From: Candidatus Saccharimonadota bacterium
GTDB taxonomy: Bacteria; Patescibacteriota; Microgenomatia; UBA1406; GWC2-37-13
Reading direction: 5' to 3'
DNA: 32,000 nt
Assembly (NCBI GenBank): GCA_016432445.1
Contig: CP066689.1
Coordinates: 510,001-542,000 of the forward strand
In this document: piece by piece, positions 21,647 through 29,855 of the stretch
Layout of the letters: each line of letters starts with the position of its first letter
Numbering within the stretch: position 1 is the first letter of the stretch
Notes under the pieces: generated by a model
What the model was told of the DNA's origin: nothing
Databases searched by the model: none
Seen by the model: only the letters and a program-made list of their open reading frames with translations
Made by a program: the position numbers and the translations under genes

Positions 21647-22516
21647 ATGCATACACCAGTTTTACTAGAAGAAGTAATAGAAGGCTTAGATGTAAAGAAA
21701 GATGGTCTATATATTGACGCCACTGTTGGAGAAGGCGGGCACCTTGTAAAAATTGCGGAAAAAGGCGGAAAAGTTTTGGCTTTGGACTGGGATGGAGCGC
21801 AAATATCAAATATCAAATGTCAAATGTCAAATTTGGAAAATGTGACTTTTGCTGTCTCCAATTTTAGCCAGATTGAAAAGAAAGCAAAAGAGTTAAATTT
21901 TTATCCAGTTGATGGAATTCTGTTTGACCTAGGGTTATCAATGAAACAGATTGCTGAAGGAGGCAGAGGGTTTTCTTATAGGAATCAAAATGAACCTTTG
22001 GATATGCGGATAAGTTTGTCCACTAAGGTTAATGCTAGCGATTTGGTAAATAGTTTAAGTGAGCAGGAACTTTATGAGATTTTTGCAAGTTATGGAGAGG
22101 AGATTTATTCCCAGGCTATAGCTCAAGCAGTAATTAGTTTTCGCATAAGAAGAAAGATAAAAACAGTTGGAGATATGATTAAAGCCATTGATTACGGAGT
22201 TAAAGATAAGGGTTTAAATGATCAATTTCAAAAAAATAAAGTCTATACACGTATTTTTCAAGCATTAAGAATTGCCGTTAACAAAGAGTTTGAAAATTTA
22301 AAAAAAGGCTTAAAACAAGCGATGGAGATTTTGAAACCGGGCGGAAGAATTGCGGTGATTACATTTCATTCCAGAGAAGACAGAATAGTTAAGCAATTTG
22401 CTCGAGAAAATGGTTGGGAAAGTACTCAAAAGAAAGTTATAGCTGGTGATAGGAGAATATCTTTTGAGAGATCCGCAAAGTTAAGGATTTTAATCCGCCA
22501 ACCGGCGGAAAATTAG
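21647..22516 (+). CDS. rsmH: 16S rRNA (cytosine1402-N4)-methyltransferase RsmH
   Basis: MHTPVLLEEVIEGL, SAM motif DATVGEGGH, FDLGLSMKQ, ITFHSREDRIVK. The track start 21569 adds 26 aa encoded by repeat DNA, so ATG 21647 is preferred. Confidence 0.9.
   Translation: MHTPVLLEEVIEGLDVKKDGLYIDATVGEGGHLVKIAEKGGKVLALDWDGAQISNIKCQMSNLENVTFAVSNFSQIEKKAKELNFYPVDGILFDLGLSMKQIAEGGRGFSYRNQNEPLDMRISLSTKVNASDLVNSLSEQELYEIFASYGEEIYSQAIAQAVISFRIRRKIKTVGDMIKAIDYGVKDKGLNDQFQKNKVYTRIFQALRIAVNKEFENLKKGLKQAMEILKPGGRIAVITFHSREDRIVKQFARENGWESTQKKVIAGDRRISFERSAKLRILIRQPAEN
21801..21835 (+). repeat. heptamer repeat array, copy b, in frame inside rsmH
   Basis: AAATATC AAATATC AAATGTC AAATGTC AAATTTG, translated as (Q)ISNIKCQMSNL(E) between the SAM-binding motif and the following strand. 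Confidence 0.85.
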
Positions 22517-22517
22517 T

Positions 22518-22790
22518 ATGAGCAGATTTATTTTATATATATTTTATATATGCTTTTTAGTGTTAGGCATAAGCCAAATATATCTTTTTGTGTCTGGAAT
22601 TAAAATTAGCGATAATATCAATATGTATGAATCAAACATTAAAAAATTAAAACAGGACAATATGGAACTTGAGAATAAACTTTCAAAAATAGAATCTTTA
22701 GGCTATGCCGCTTCCCAAGCTGCTGTTTTAAAGTATACTAAGAAAGCGGCGCCAATATATCTTGATAAGCCTGGAATCGCCAAGCTTTAA
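22518..22790 (+). CDS. ftsL: FtsL-like cell division protein (small bitopic coiled-coil protein)
   Basis: 90 aa. N-terminal TM (FILYIFYICFLVLGISQIYLFV) followed by a coiled coil (NIKKLKQDNMELENKLSKIE). Canonical position between rsmH and ftsI. The call rests on position and architecture. Confidence 0.55.
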   Translation: MSRFILYIFYICFLVLGISQIYLFVSGIKISDNINMYESNIKKLKQDNMELENKLSKIESLGYAASQAAVLKYTKKAAPIYLDKPGIAKL

Positions 22791-22797
22791 GTAATCT

Positions 22798-24456
22798 ATG
22801 CTTAAGATCAAAATTTTATTTCTTCTTATCACTATTTTCTTTGTTGCCATTATAGTTAAGCTCTTTATGATACAAGTCTTAAATACTTATAGTTATTCTG
22901 GAGATTATCTTCAATCACAAAAAATATATCCAGAGAGAGGAAAGATATATGATGTAAATAATCATTTGCTTGTAACAAACCAAACTAAATACTTGGTTTA
23001 TGCCGAACCAAAAAAAATTGAGAAAAAAAATTATATAGTGCGCGATTTAGAAAAAGTGCTTGAAATTGGTGAGGCTACTATAGAAGCTAAACTTGACTTA
23101 AGTAAAGACTGGGTGAGAGTGAAATCAGGTGTCAGCAAAGATAAAAAGGATGAGATTAGCAAATTACATATAAACGGTATTGGATTTCAGGAAGAACAAT
23201 ATAGAGCTTATCCTGAAGCTTCCTTATCAGCTCATCTTTTGGGATTTGTTGGAAAAAATAAAAGCGGAGAGGATATTGGATATTTTGGAATAGAAGGTTA
23301 TTATGAAAAGGAATTAACTGGTTTGGCAGGAATGATGAAATCTGAAAGAGATTTGCTTGGAAGACCGATATTTATTGGAACCCAAGAAAAGGTAGATCCT
23401 CAAAACGGTGGAGACTTGATATTAACTATTGATAGTGCTGTTCAAACACTAGTTAAAAAGAAATTGCTTAAAGGTTTAGAAACATATGAGGCTAAAGAAG
23501 GATGCGTTATTGTTGCAGATCCTAATACGATGAAAATAATGAGTATGGTTTGTTTACCTGATTTTGATCCAGATCAGTATTATCTTTTCAGTGAGGATTT
23601 ATTTAAAAATGCAGCTATCTCAAATCTTTACGAACCTGGATCAACTTTTAAACCTTTAGTTGTAGCTGTCGCTATTGAGGAGAAGGCTATCAAGCCTGAT
23701 GATTTTATGCAGGAAGATGGTCCGATTACGATAGGAGAGTACACAATAAGAACCTGGAATGATAAGTATGAAGGCAAAATATCCATGACCAGAGTGCTGG
23801 AAAAATCATCTAATGTCGGTATGGTTTATATAGGCAGTAAGCTGGGCAATGACAAACTTTATCAATATTTGAAAAAATACCGTTTTGGAAAAGAAACAGG
23901 TATTGATCTTCAGGGAGAAACATCAGGATACTTGAAGGATCAAAAGGACTGGTATCCAATTGACTACTCGACAGTTAGTTTTGGACAAGGTATTGCTGTA
24001 ACTCCCATACAAATGATTCGTGCTTTTACGGCTTTAATTAATGGAGGTAATCTTCTTAAGCCTTACGTTGTTGACAAAGTTGTGACTAATAATAATGAAA
24101 GAAAACAGGAGGCAACGGTAGTGAGTAAGGTTATAAGTGATCGGACGTCGCAAATTATAAAAAAAATGCTCGTTTCAACAGTTGAGAATGGTGAACTAAA
24201 ATGGTTAAAGCCTATTGGCTATAAAATAGGGGGAAAAACAGGGACAGCGCAGATTCCTATAAAAGGCCATTATGATGAATCAAAAACTATTGCTTCATTT
24301 ATTGGCTTTGCACCGGCAGATAAACCTAAGTTTATAGCTTTAGTAATTGTGAGGGAGCCAAAGGCTTCCCAGTGGGGTTCTGAAACAGCGGCTCCGATAT
24401 TTTTCGATATAGCTAAGGAGCTGCTTTTATACTATAATATAGCTCCAGACCGTTAA
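22798..24456 (+). CDS. ftsI: penicillin-binding protein, class B transpeptidase (FtsI/PBP2B-like)
   Basis: 552 aa. N-terminal TM and PBP dimerisation region. Transpeptidase motifs STFKP (SxxK), SSN (SxN) and KTGTA (KTG). Confidence 0.9.
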   Translation: MLKIKILFLLITIFFVAIIVKLFMIQVLNTYSYSGDYLQSQKIYPERGKIYDVNNHLLVTNQTKYLVYAEPKKIEKKNYIVRDLEKVLEIGEATIEAKLDLSKDWVRVKSGVSKDKKDEISKLHINGIGFQEEQYRAYPEASLSAHLLGFVGKNKSGEDIGYFGIEGYYEKELTGLAGMMKSERDLLGRPIFIGTQEKVDPQNGGDLILTIDSAVQTLVKKKLLKGLETYEAKEGCVIVADPNTMKIMSMVCLPDFDPDQYYLFSEDLFKNAAISNLYEPGSTFKPLVVAVAIEEKAIKPDDFMQEDGPITIGEYTIRTWNDKYEGKISMTRVLEKSSNVGMVYIGSKLGNDKLYQYLKKYRFGKETGIDLQGETSGYLKDQKDWYPIDYSTVSFGQGIAVTPIQMIRAFTALINGGNLLKPYVVDKVVTNNNERKQEATVVSKVISDRTSQIIKKMLVSTVENGELKWLKPIGYKIGGKTGTAQIPIKGHYDESKTIASFIGFAPADKPKFIALVIVREPKASQWGSETAAPIFFDIAKELLLYYNIAPDR

Positions 24457-24459
24457 ATA

Positions 24460-24494
24460 AAAATCCAAATGTCAAATTTCAAATTCCAAATACA
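24460..24494 (+). repeat. heptamer-phased dispersed repeat, copy c (ftsI|murE junction; contains the murE ATG)
   Basis: AAAATCC AAATGTC AAATTTC AAATTCC AAATACA. The 19-nt core lies at 24466-24484. The murE start codon (24469) is the ATG inside the core. Confidence 0.9.
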
Positions 24495-25704
24495 AAAATT
24501 AAAGAATTTTTATCATCTTCTTCAATCAATCTTAGCGAATGTTTACTATGGTTTTCCAAGCAAAAAATTAAAGGTGATTGGAATAACTGGGACAGATGGC
24601 AAAACTACAACAACTCACCTTGTTTATAATATTCTTATCTCTTCAGGCAAGAAAGCGTCAATGATTTCAACCGTATATGCTAAAATCGGGAATGAAGAAT
24701 ATGATACTGGTTTACATACGACTACTCCTAATTCTTTTCAAATACAAAAATTATTAAAAAAAGCAGTGGAGGCTGGCCACGAATACTTTGTTTTAGAAAC
24801 AACATCTCACGCGCTTGATCAAAACAGAGTTTTTGGTATAAATTTCGAAGTTTCAGCCATAACTAATATTAGTCATGAACATTTTGATTATCATCTTAAT
24901 TTTGATAATTATCTGCAGGCAAAATTAAAATTACTTCTTAATTCAAAAGTTTCACTTATAAATAATGATGATCTTTTTGCAAAAAGAATTCAAGGTTCGC
25001 TAAATCAAAACAGAAAAAAATTTTATTCTCTCGCACTAAAAAATAAAGCTGATTTTCAGTTTGATTATAAATCTAAATATGATCAAAATTTAGCTACTTT
25101 TAACAATTACAATTTTTTAACTGCTTTCAGTATTGCTAAACTTTTGGGGATTGACGAAGAGAAGATAATTAAGGCAATGAAAAGTTTTACTTTACCTCTA
25201 GGCCGTTACGATACTGTTTATGATAAAGATTTTCAGGTAGTGGTTGATTTTGCTCATGCTCCTAATGCCATTGGCAATGTACTTTTTAATCTCAAAGAAA
25301 GATTAAAAGGTAATGGAAAACTAATTCATGTTTTTGGATCCGCCGGCAATCGGGATAAAAGCAAAAGGCCGATCATGGGTGAAGAAAGCGGTAAGTATGC
25401 CGATATTACTATCCTAACTGAGGACGATCCAAGAAGTGAGGATGTAGTTACAATTTGCAAAGAAATATCTGAAGGTTTAAGAAAATACGGATTTAGTTAT
25501 TCATCTAATGTAAATTCAGAAAGCGTTAAAAAGTACACGATTATTCCTGATAGAGAAAAGGCAATTAAAAAATCATTAGAGATTGTCGGAAAAGGTGACA
25601 TTATTGCTTTGACTGGAAAAGGACATGAAAGAGGTTTGGCAAGAAAGGTAGAGGTTCCGTGGAATGAAAAAGAACTTGTACTTAAATTATTAAAAGAAAA
25701 ATGA
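24469..25704 (+). CDS. murE: UDP-N-acetylmuramoyl-L-alanyl-D-glutamate--diamino-acid ligase (MurE), short N-terminus
   Basis: GITGTDGKTTT, ETTSHAL, NISHEHFDYH, DFAHAPNA, GSAGNRDKSKRPIMG, and TEDDPRSED (a variant of the MurE DNPR motif). The first about 10 aa (MSNFKFQIQK) are repeat-encoded, so the exact start is uncertain. Confidence 0.85.
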   Translation: MSNFKFQIQKLKNFYHLLQSILANVYYGFPSKKLKVIGITGTDGKTTTTHLVYNILISSGKKASMISTVYAKIGNEEYDTGLHTTTPNSFQIQKLLKKAVEAGHEYFVLETTSHALDQNRVFGINFEVSAITNISHEHFDYHLNFDNYLQAKLKLLLNSKVSLINNDDLFAKRIQGSLNQNRKKFYSLALKNKADFQFDYKSKYDQNLATFNNYNFLTAFSIAKLLGIDEEKIIKAMKSFTLPLGRYDTVYDKDFQVVVDFAHAPNAIGNVLFNLKERLKGNGKLIHVFGSAGNRDKSKRPIMGEESGKYADITILTEDDPRSEDVVTICKEISEGLRKYGFSYSSNVNSESVKKYTIIPDREKAIKKSLEIVGKGDIIALTGKGHERGLARKVEVPWNEKELVLKLLKEK

Positions 25705-26453
25705 TTAAATTTGGTGAACATGGGTTTTATTACTCAACATTAATTAATGATGATAATTATTTCTCCGGTTTTAGTTCCAAAGAGTTAGGAGATGGTACAC
25801 AGGTTGAAAATATATTCAGATTTTTAGAGAAGAATAATATTGACTATAAAAAAGTCGTAAAGCTGGATCAGATTCATTCATCAAATATTGAGTTTTTTAT
25901 AAATGCCCCTTCTTCGCCAACTTCAAAAAATACCAGATTCGAAAAAATTGAAGATACTGATGGAGTCATTACAGAGGATGAAGGAGTGTTTATCACGGTT
26001 CAGACCGCAGACTGCATACCTTTAATATTAGTAGATAAAAAAATAGGAATAATTGGCGTTTCTCACCAGGGGTGGAGAGGGCTTTTAAAAAGATTACCGA
26101 TTAAGATGGTTCAAAAGATGGTTGAAATGGGTTCCCAAGTTAAAGATGTCGTAGCCTCCATTGGTCCGGCTATTGGAGTCTGCTGTTATGAAATTGGGGA
26201 AGACTATTATCATGATTTTCAGGAAGAGTTTGAATCATACGTGAATAAGATATTTAAAGTTAAAGGCGGTAAGTTTTATTTAAATCTTAATCTGTTAACT
26301 TTTTTACTTTTGATTGACGCAGGAGTTAAAAAAGAAAATATTGATTTTTTTCCATTCTGCACGAAGTGTCAAAAAGATAAATTCTACTCCTTCCGCCGCG
26401 AAGGCAAAAGCCTCGAAGGCGAAATGTTCAGTTTCATAATGAAGAGATCATAA
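25701..26453 (+). CDS. pgeF: peptidoglycan editing factor PgeF / YfiH (DUF152, Cu-oxidase_4 family)
   Basis: QIHS, TADCIPL, HQGWRG, CCYEIG, FYSFRREG. The start overlaps the murE stop (ATGA). Confidence 0.85.
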   Translation: MIKFGEHGFYYSTLINDDNYFSGFSSKELGDGTQVENIFRFLEKNNIDYKKVVKLDQIHSSNIEFFINAPSSPTSKNTRFEKIEDTDGVITEDEGVFITVQTADCIPLILVDKKIGIIGVSHQGWRGLLKRLPIKMVQKMVEMGSQVKDVVASIGPAIGVCCYEIGEDYYHDFQEEFESYVNKIFKVKGGKFYLNLNLLTFLLLIDAGVKKENIDFFPFCTKCQKDKFYSFRREGKSLEGEMFSFIMKRS

Positions 26454-26517
26454 AACAATAGCCACTTCCAATTTAGCCTCATTCCACCCCGTACGTGGTT
26501 TAGCCGTAAAAAGAAAT

Positions 26518-26526
26518 TGGTACAAT
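26518..26526 (+). promoter_or_regulatory. extended -10 element, leaderless geometry, for ORF 26533
   Basis: TGgTACAAT (26518-26526), then 6 nt to ATG 26533. The -35 is poor (TTAGCC-like). Confidence 0.35.
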
Positions 26527-26532
26527 ATAACT

Positions 26533-27291
26533 ATGAAAGAAAGAGCTGAAATTGGAATTGGTCTTTTGAACACTGAAAGAAAGCGGATGAGCGCATTCCT
26601 TAGAAAATTTATTCCCCATGTAAAACCTAATAAATTAGTAGCCTGTGGTGGTCTTGCAACACGTTATCATCTGCAAACTCATGGTATCACGTTTCCTCAA
26701 AGACCTTTTAATGACCTTGATTTATTGATAAAAGCTGCAGATGATATTTTGCCTTCCATAACCTCGGATTTTATGCTTTATCACTATCATCCCGCGGGTG
26801 TTGATGATCCGATAGAAAAAACATATTTTTTTTACGCTTTCATTGATCCGGAAACAAAAATTAAAGCAGATGTTTTTCCCTATCGTTGGTCTTCACCAAA
26901 GCGTTTTATTCAAGCTACTTTTAAAGGAAAACTACTTCCCATTGTTGGCGCAGAAGACCAGCTTATCCAATGTCTTTATGATGTCTCAAGAATATCAGAG
27001 ACTATGAAAGTTGACCCTAAACAGTTACAAGATGTTCATTCTCTTTTACAAATTACCGATACTAGTCTCGCTGAACAAATATGGCGAAGCAACAGTCATC
27101 CTTTATATCCTAAAACTCTTCACGAGGCGCTTTTAAGGGCGGACTCAATAGTAAAAGAACATCCTGATTGGTGGAAAGAAAAGCCTTATAGAAAACCAAA
27201 GCCATATCAATGTCAAAATTGTCAAGCCCGACCTGTATTCGCGATTACAGATATGACTAAAATATATGAAATCTTAGGATACGTTGAATAA
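26533..27291 (+). CDS. hypothetical protein, possibly a minimal nucleotidyltransferase fold
   Basis: 252 aa. ACGGLA...(about 20 aa)...NDLDLLI...IKADVF loosely fits the pol-beta NTase pattern (G[GS], DxD, downstream acidic residue). C-terminal CQNCQ. Sits between pgeF and murC. The family assignment is unverified. Confidence 0.3.
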   Translation: MKERAEIGIGLLNTERKRMSAFLRKFIPHVKPNKLVACGGLATRYHLQTHGITFPQRPFNDLDLLIKAADDILPSITSDFMLYHYHPAGVDDPIEKTYFFYAFIDPETKIKADVFPYRWSSPKRFIQATFKGKLLPIVGAEDQLIQCLYDVSRISETMKVDPKQLQDVHSLLQITDTSLAEQIWRSNSHPLYPKTLHEALLRADSIVKEHPDWWKEKPYRKPKPYQCQNCQARPVFAITDMTKIYEILGYVE

Positions 27292-27329
27292 ATCCAATCC
27301 TTCTCAGAGTGGGAAAAAGCTGTGAAAAA

Positions 27330-27338
27330 TGGTAAAAT
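27330..27338 (+). promoter_or_regulatory. extended -10 element, leaderless geometry, for murC
   Basis: TGgTAAAAT (27330-27338), then 6 nt to ATG 27345. No SD. Confidence 0.4.
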
Positions 27339-27344
27339 TAGGAT

Positions 27345-28772
27345 ATGGTTGAAGAGGTAAAGAATGTGTTTATTTTGGGGATAAAAGGTGTGGCTATGGC
27401 CAACCTTGCTGTGATCCTCAAAAAAATGGGTAAGAATGTAACTGGTTCAGATGTAGACGAAGAATTTATAACTGATGAACTTCTTAATAAGAATAGTATT
27501 GGCTGGTCTATTGGCTTTGATCCTCAAAATATTCCTCAAGAGACTGATTTGCTGGTCTATTCAGCTGCCCACAATGGTAAAAATAATCCTCAAGTCCAAT
27601 ACGCTTTAGAAAAAGGAATAAAAGTTTTAAATCAGGCTGATTTGCTATCTGAAATAATGAATCTACATGAAAATAAAATTGCTGTTTGCGGCAGTCATGG
27701 AAAAACTACAACGACAGCTCTTATTGCTTTTTGTTTAAAGAAACTGGGAGTTAATCCAACATATATGGTTGGCACTTCCTATTTCAGCGGACAGGAAGGT
27801 GGAAATCTTGGCGATAAAAAATATTGCGTTATTGAAGCTGATGAGTATGGCGTTGATCCTCCAAACGATAAAACTCCAAAATTTCAAAAACTTGAACCAA
27901 ATTATATTGTGTCAACTAATATCGATTTCGATCATCCGGACATTTTCAGTAGTATTGAAGAAACGAAATCAGCATTTTATCTTTTTTTCCAAAAATTAGT
28001 TAATATCGATGAACGTAGATTATTTTTGTGCGCTGATGATCAGAAATTAATGGGAGTTGCTTCTCAATTGCAAATGATTACTTATAAAACTTTTGGTTTT
28101 AGTGAAAAAGCTGATTTCGTTATTAAAAATATTCAAACTGATGAAACTCATTGTCAGTTTGAGCTTTATGAAGGCGATAAAAAAGTGGACGAGTTTACTT
28201 TATTAATTTTTGGTGAAAAAAATATTTCTAATGCCGCCGGAGCCATTGTTCTTTTGCTTAATCTTGGATTTTCAAGCGAAGCTATAAAAAACGTAATAAG
28301 TCTTTTTACGGGAGCTAAAAGAAGATTTGAACAAACAGCTTTTGTAAACAATATTTATTTGTTTGATGATTATGCTCATCATCCGCAAGAAATAGAGGCA
28401 ACATTGAACGCGGCCAGATTGAGGTTTAATAACCGCCGTATTATTCTTGTTTTCCAGCCTCATACCTACTCAAGGACAGAATCTTTGAAGGAAGAATTTG
28501 TAAAATCATTAGCAAAAGCTGATTTATCATTAATAGCACCGATTTTTGCATCCGCTCGGGAGACACTCGGATTAAATTTAATCAGTTCTTCAAAACTTGC
28601 AGAGATGGCTTCTCAAAGGGGCGTTTCTACGATTTTCTCCTACTCGACTAAGGCAGAGTTAATTGATCGTTTAAAGTCAGATTTACGGCCGGGAGATGTT
28701 ATTTTTACTATGGGCGCAGGCGACATTTATAAGGTAAAAAATGATATAATTAGTCTTATTAGAACAGTCTAA
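27345..28772 (+). CDS. murC: UDP-N-acetylmuramate--L-alanine ligase
   Basis: 475 aa. N-terminal Rossmann GIKGVAMANLA, P-loop GSHGKTTTTA, DDYAHHPQEI. Full-length Mur ligase organisation typical of MurC. Confidence 0.9.
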   Translation: MVEEVKNVFILGIKGVAMANLAVILKKMGKNVTGSDVDEEFITDELLNKNSIGWSIGFDPQNIPQETDLLVYSAAHNGKNNPQVQYALEKGIKVLNQADLLSEIMNLHENKIAVCGSHGKTTTTALIAFCLKKLGVNPTYMVGTSYFSGQEGGNLGDKKYCVIEADEYGVDPPNDKTPKFQKLEPNYIVSTNIDFDHPDIFSSIEETKSAFYLFFQKLVNIDERRLFLCADDQKLMGVASQLQMITYKTFGFSEKADFVIKNIQTDETHCQFELYEGDKKVDEFTLLIFGEKNISNAAGAIVLLLNLGFSSEAIKNVISLFTGAKRRFEQTAFVNNIYLFDDYAHHPQEIEATLNAARLRFNNRRIILVFQPHTYSRTESLKEEFVKSLAKADLSLIAPIFASARETLGLNLISSSKLAEMASQRGVSTIFSYSTKAELIDRLKSDLRPGDVIFTMGAGDIYKVKNDIISLIRTV

Positions 28773-28781
28773 ATAAATGTT

Positions 28782-28809
28782 AAAGCTCAAATGTCAAATT
28801 TCAAATATT
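28782..28809 (+). repeat. heptamer-phased dispersed repeat, copy d (murC|murB junction)
   Basis: AAAGCTC AAATGTC AAATTTC AAATATT. The 19-nt core lies at 28788-28806. It ends 4 nt before the murB ATG (28814). Confidence 0.9.
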
Positions 28810-28813
28810 TTTT

Positions 28814-29764
28814 ATGAAAAATGATTTAATAATTAAAGAGCTTGAGAGTATTTTTGGCAAGGACAGAATCAAAGTTGATCAAAATCTTTCTTTTTATTTA
28901 ACTTTACGCACACAAACTAAAGCCCAGTATTATCTTGAGGCAGAATCACGTGAAGATTGGGTTAAGGTGGGACAAATAAAAGCTTCCAAAAAGATTCCCA
29001 TTTTTATTATGGGCGGCGGTTCAAATCTGGCAATTATTACTGATTACATTAATGGTTTGGTAGTGAGGAACCTGTATCAGAAAAAAGAAGTTATTGCTGA
29101 AACTGAAGATTACGTTGATCTTTTAGTATCTTCAGGCTATGTTGTTGCCCGGCTAGTTATCGAAACCATTAAAGAAGGTTGGGGTGGGTTAGAATATCAT
29201 CAAGGTCTTCCCGGTACAGTAGGAGGCGCGATCTTCATGAACTCAAAGTGGGCAAAACACCATTCTTATTTTGGTGATCAATTGTTATATGCTTATTTAC
29301 TCGAAACTAATGGTGAGATTAAAAAAGTAGATCATGATTACTTTAAATTCCGCTATGATCATAGCGTGCTTCAGGAAACGGGTGAAATACTTATTGAGGC
29401 AGTCTTTCGATTAAAAAAAGAGATGCCTCAAGTGCTTCAAAAAAAAGCTCAGGAAGCTTTAAATTACCGGTCAGAAACTCAGCCTAAAGGTATTGCCACC
29501 AGCGGTTGTTTTTTTAAAAATATTTCAGAAGATATTAAACTGAGATTAAAATTGCCGACAACCTCAGCAGGATATTTAATTGAACATGCAGGTTTGAAAA
29601 ACTTAAGGGTTGGTGATTTTGTTGTTTCAAGTATGCATGCTAACTTTATTATCAATGAAGGATCAGGGAAAGCTGAGGACTTAATAAAATTATTAAAGCT
29701 TATTAAAGACAAGGTAAAAGAAAAGTTCGGTATTGATTTGGAAGAGGAAGTGGTCGTCATTTGA
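28814..29764 (+). CDS. murB: UDP-N-acetylenolpyruvoylglucosamine reductase
   Basis: 316 aa. FAD-binding GGGSNL, GLPGTVGGA, SGCFFKN, and a C-terminal MurB domain. Confidence 0.9.
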   Translation: MKNDLIIKELESIFGKDRIKVDQNLSFYLTLRTQTKAQYYLEAESREDWVKVGQIKASKKIPIFIMGGGSNLAIITDYINGLVVRNLYQKKEVIAETEDYVDLLVSSGYVVARLVIETIKEGWGGLEYHQGLPGTVGGAIFMNSKWAKHHSYFGDQLLYAYLLETNGEIKKVDHDYFKFRYDHSVLQETGEILIEAVFRLKKEMPQVLQKKAQEALNYRSETQPKGIATSGCFFKNISEDIKLRLKLPTTSAGYLIEHAGLKNLRVGDFVVSSMHANFIINEGSGKAEDLIKLLKLIKDKVKEKFGIDLEEEVVVI

Positions 29765-29855
29765 TCTTGGATTTTCGATCTGAGATCTTTGACGTTGATT
29801 AATATAATTATTTTTAATAATCTTTGATCTAATATTAAAGATCTAAAATCTAAAT
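29763..29855. repeat. GATCT-rich inverted heptamer arrays in the murB|murA spacer; includes a TAAAAT -10-like element 6 nt before the murA ATG
   Basis: Five GATCT in 82 bp (29763, 29777, 29784, 29826, 29840), two of them as AGATCT. The left part read on the minus strand gives AAAGATC TCAGATC GAAAATC CAAGATC. The right part read on the + strand gives AAAGATC TAAAATC TAAAT-ATG. TAAAAT at 29844-29849. Confidence 0.6.

Noticed and set aside
21546-28809. Heptamer repeat copies considered as a CRISPR array or a tandem minisatellite
   Set aside because: The units are 7 nt with no spacers, and the copies are kilobases apart in separate intergenic spacers. No cas genes, and no repeat-spacer periodicity of 25-40 nt.
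29763-29855. GATC cluster in AT-rich spacer considered as a replication origin
   Set aside because: No DnaA-box-like TTATCCACA motifs were seen and there is no dnaA/dnaN neighbourhood. The spacer is only about 90 bp between murB and murA, so a promoter or operator is the more economical explanation.
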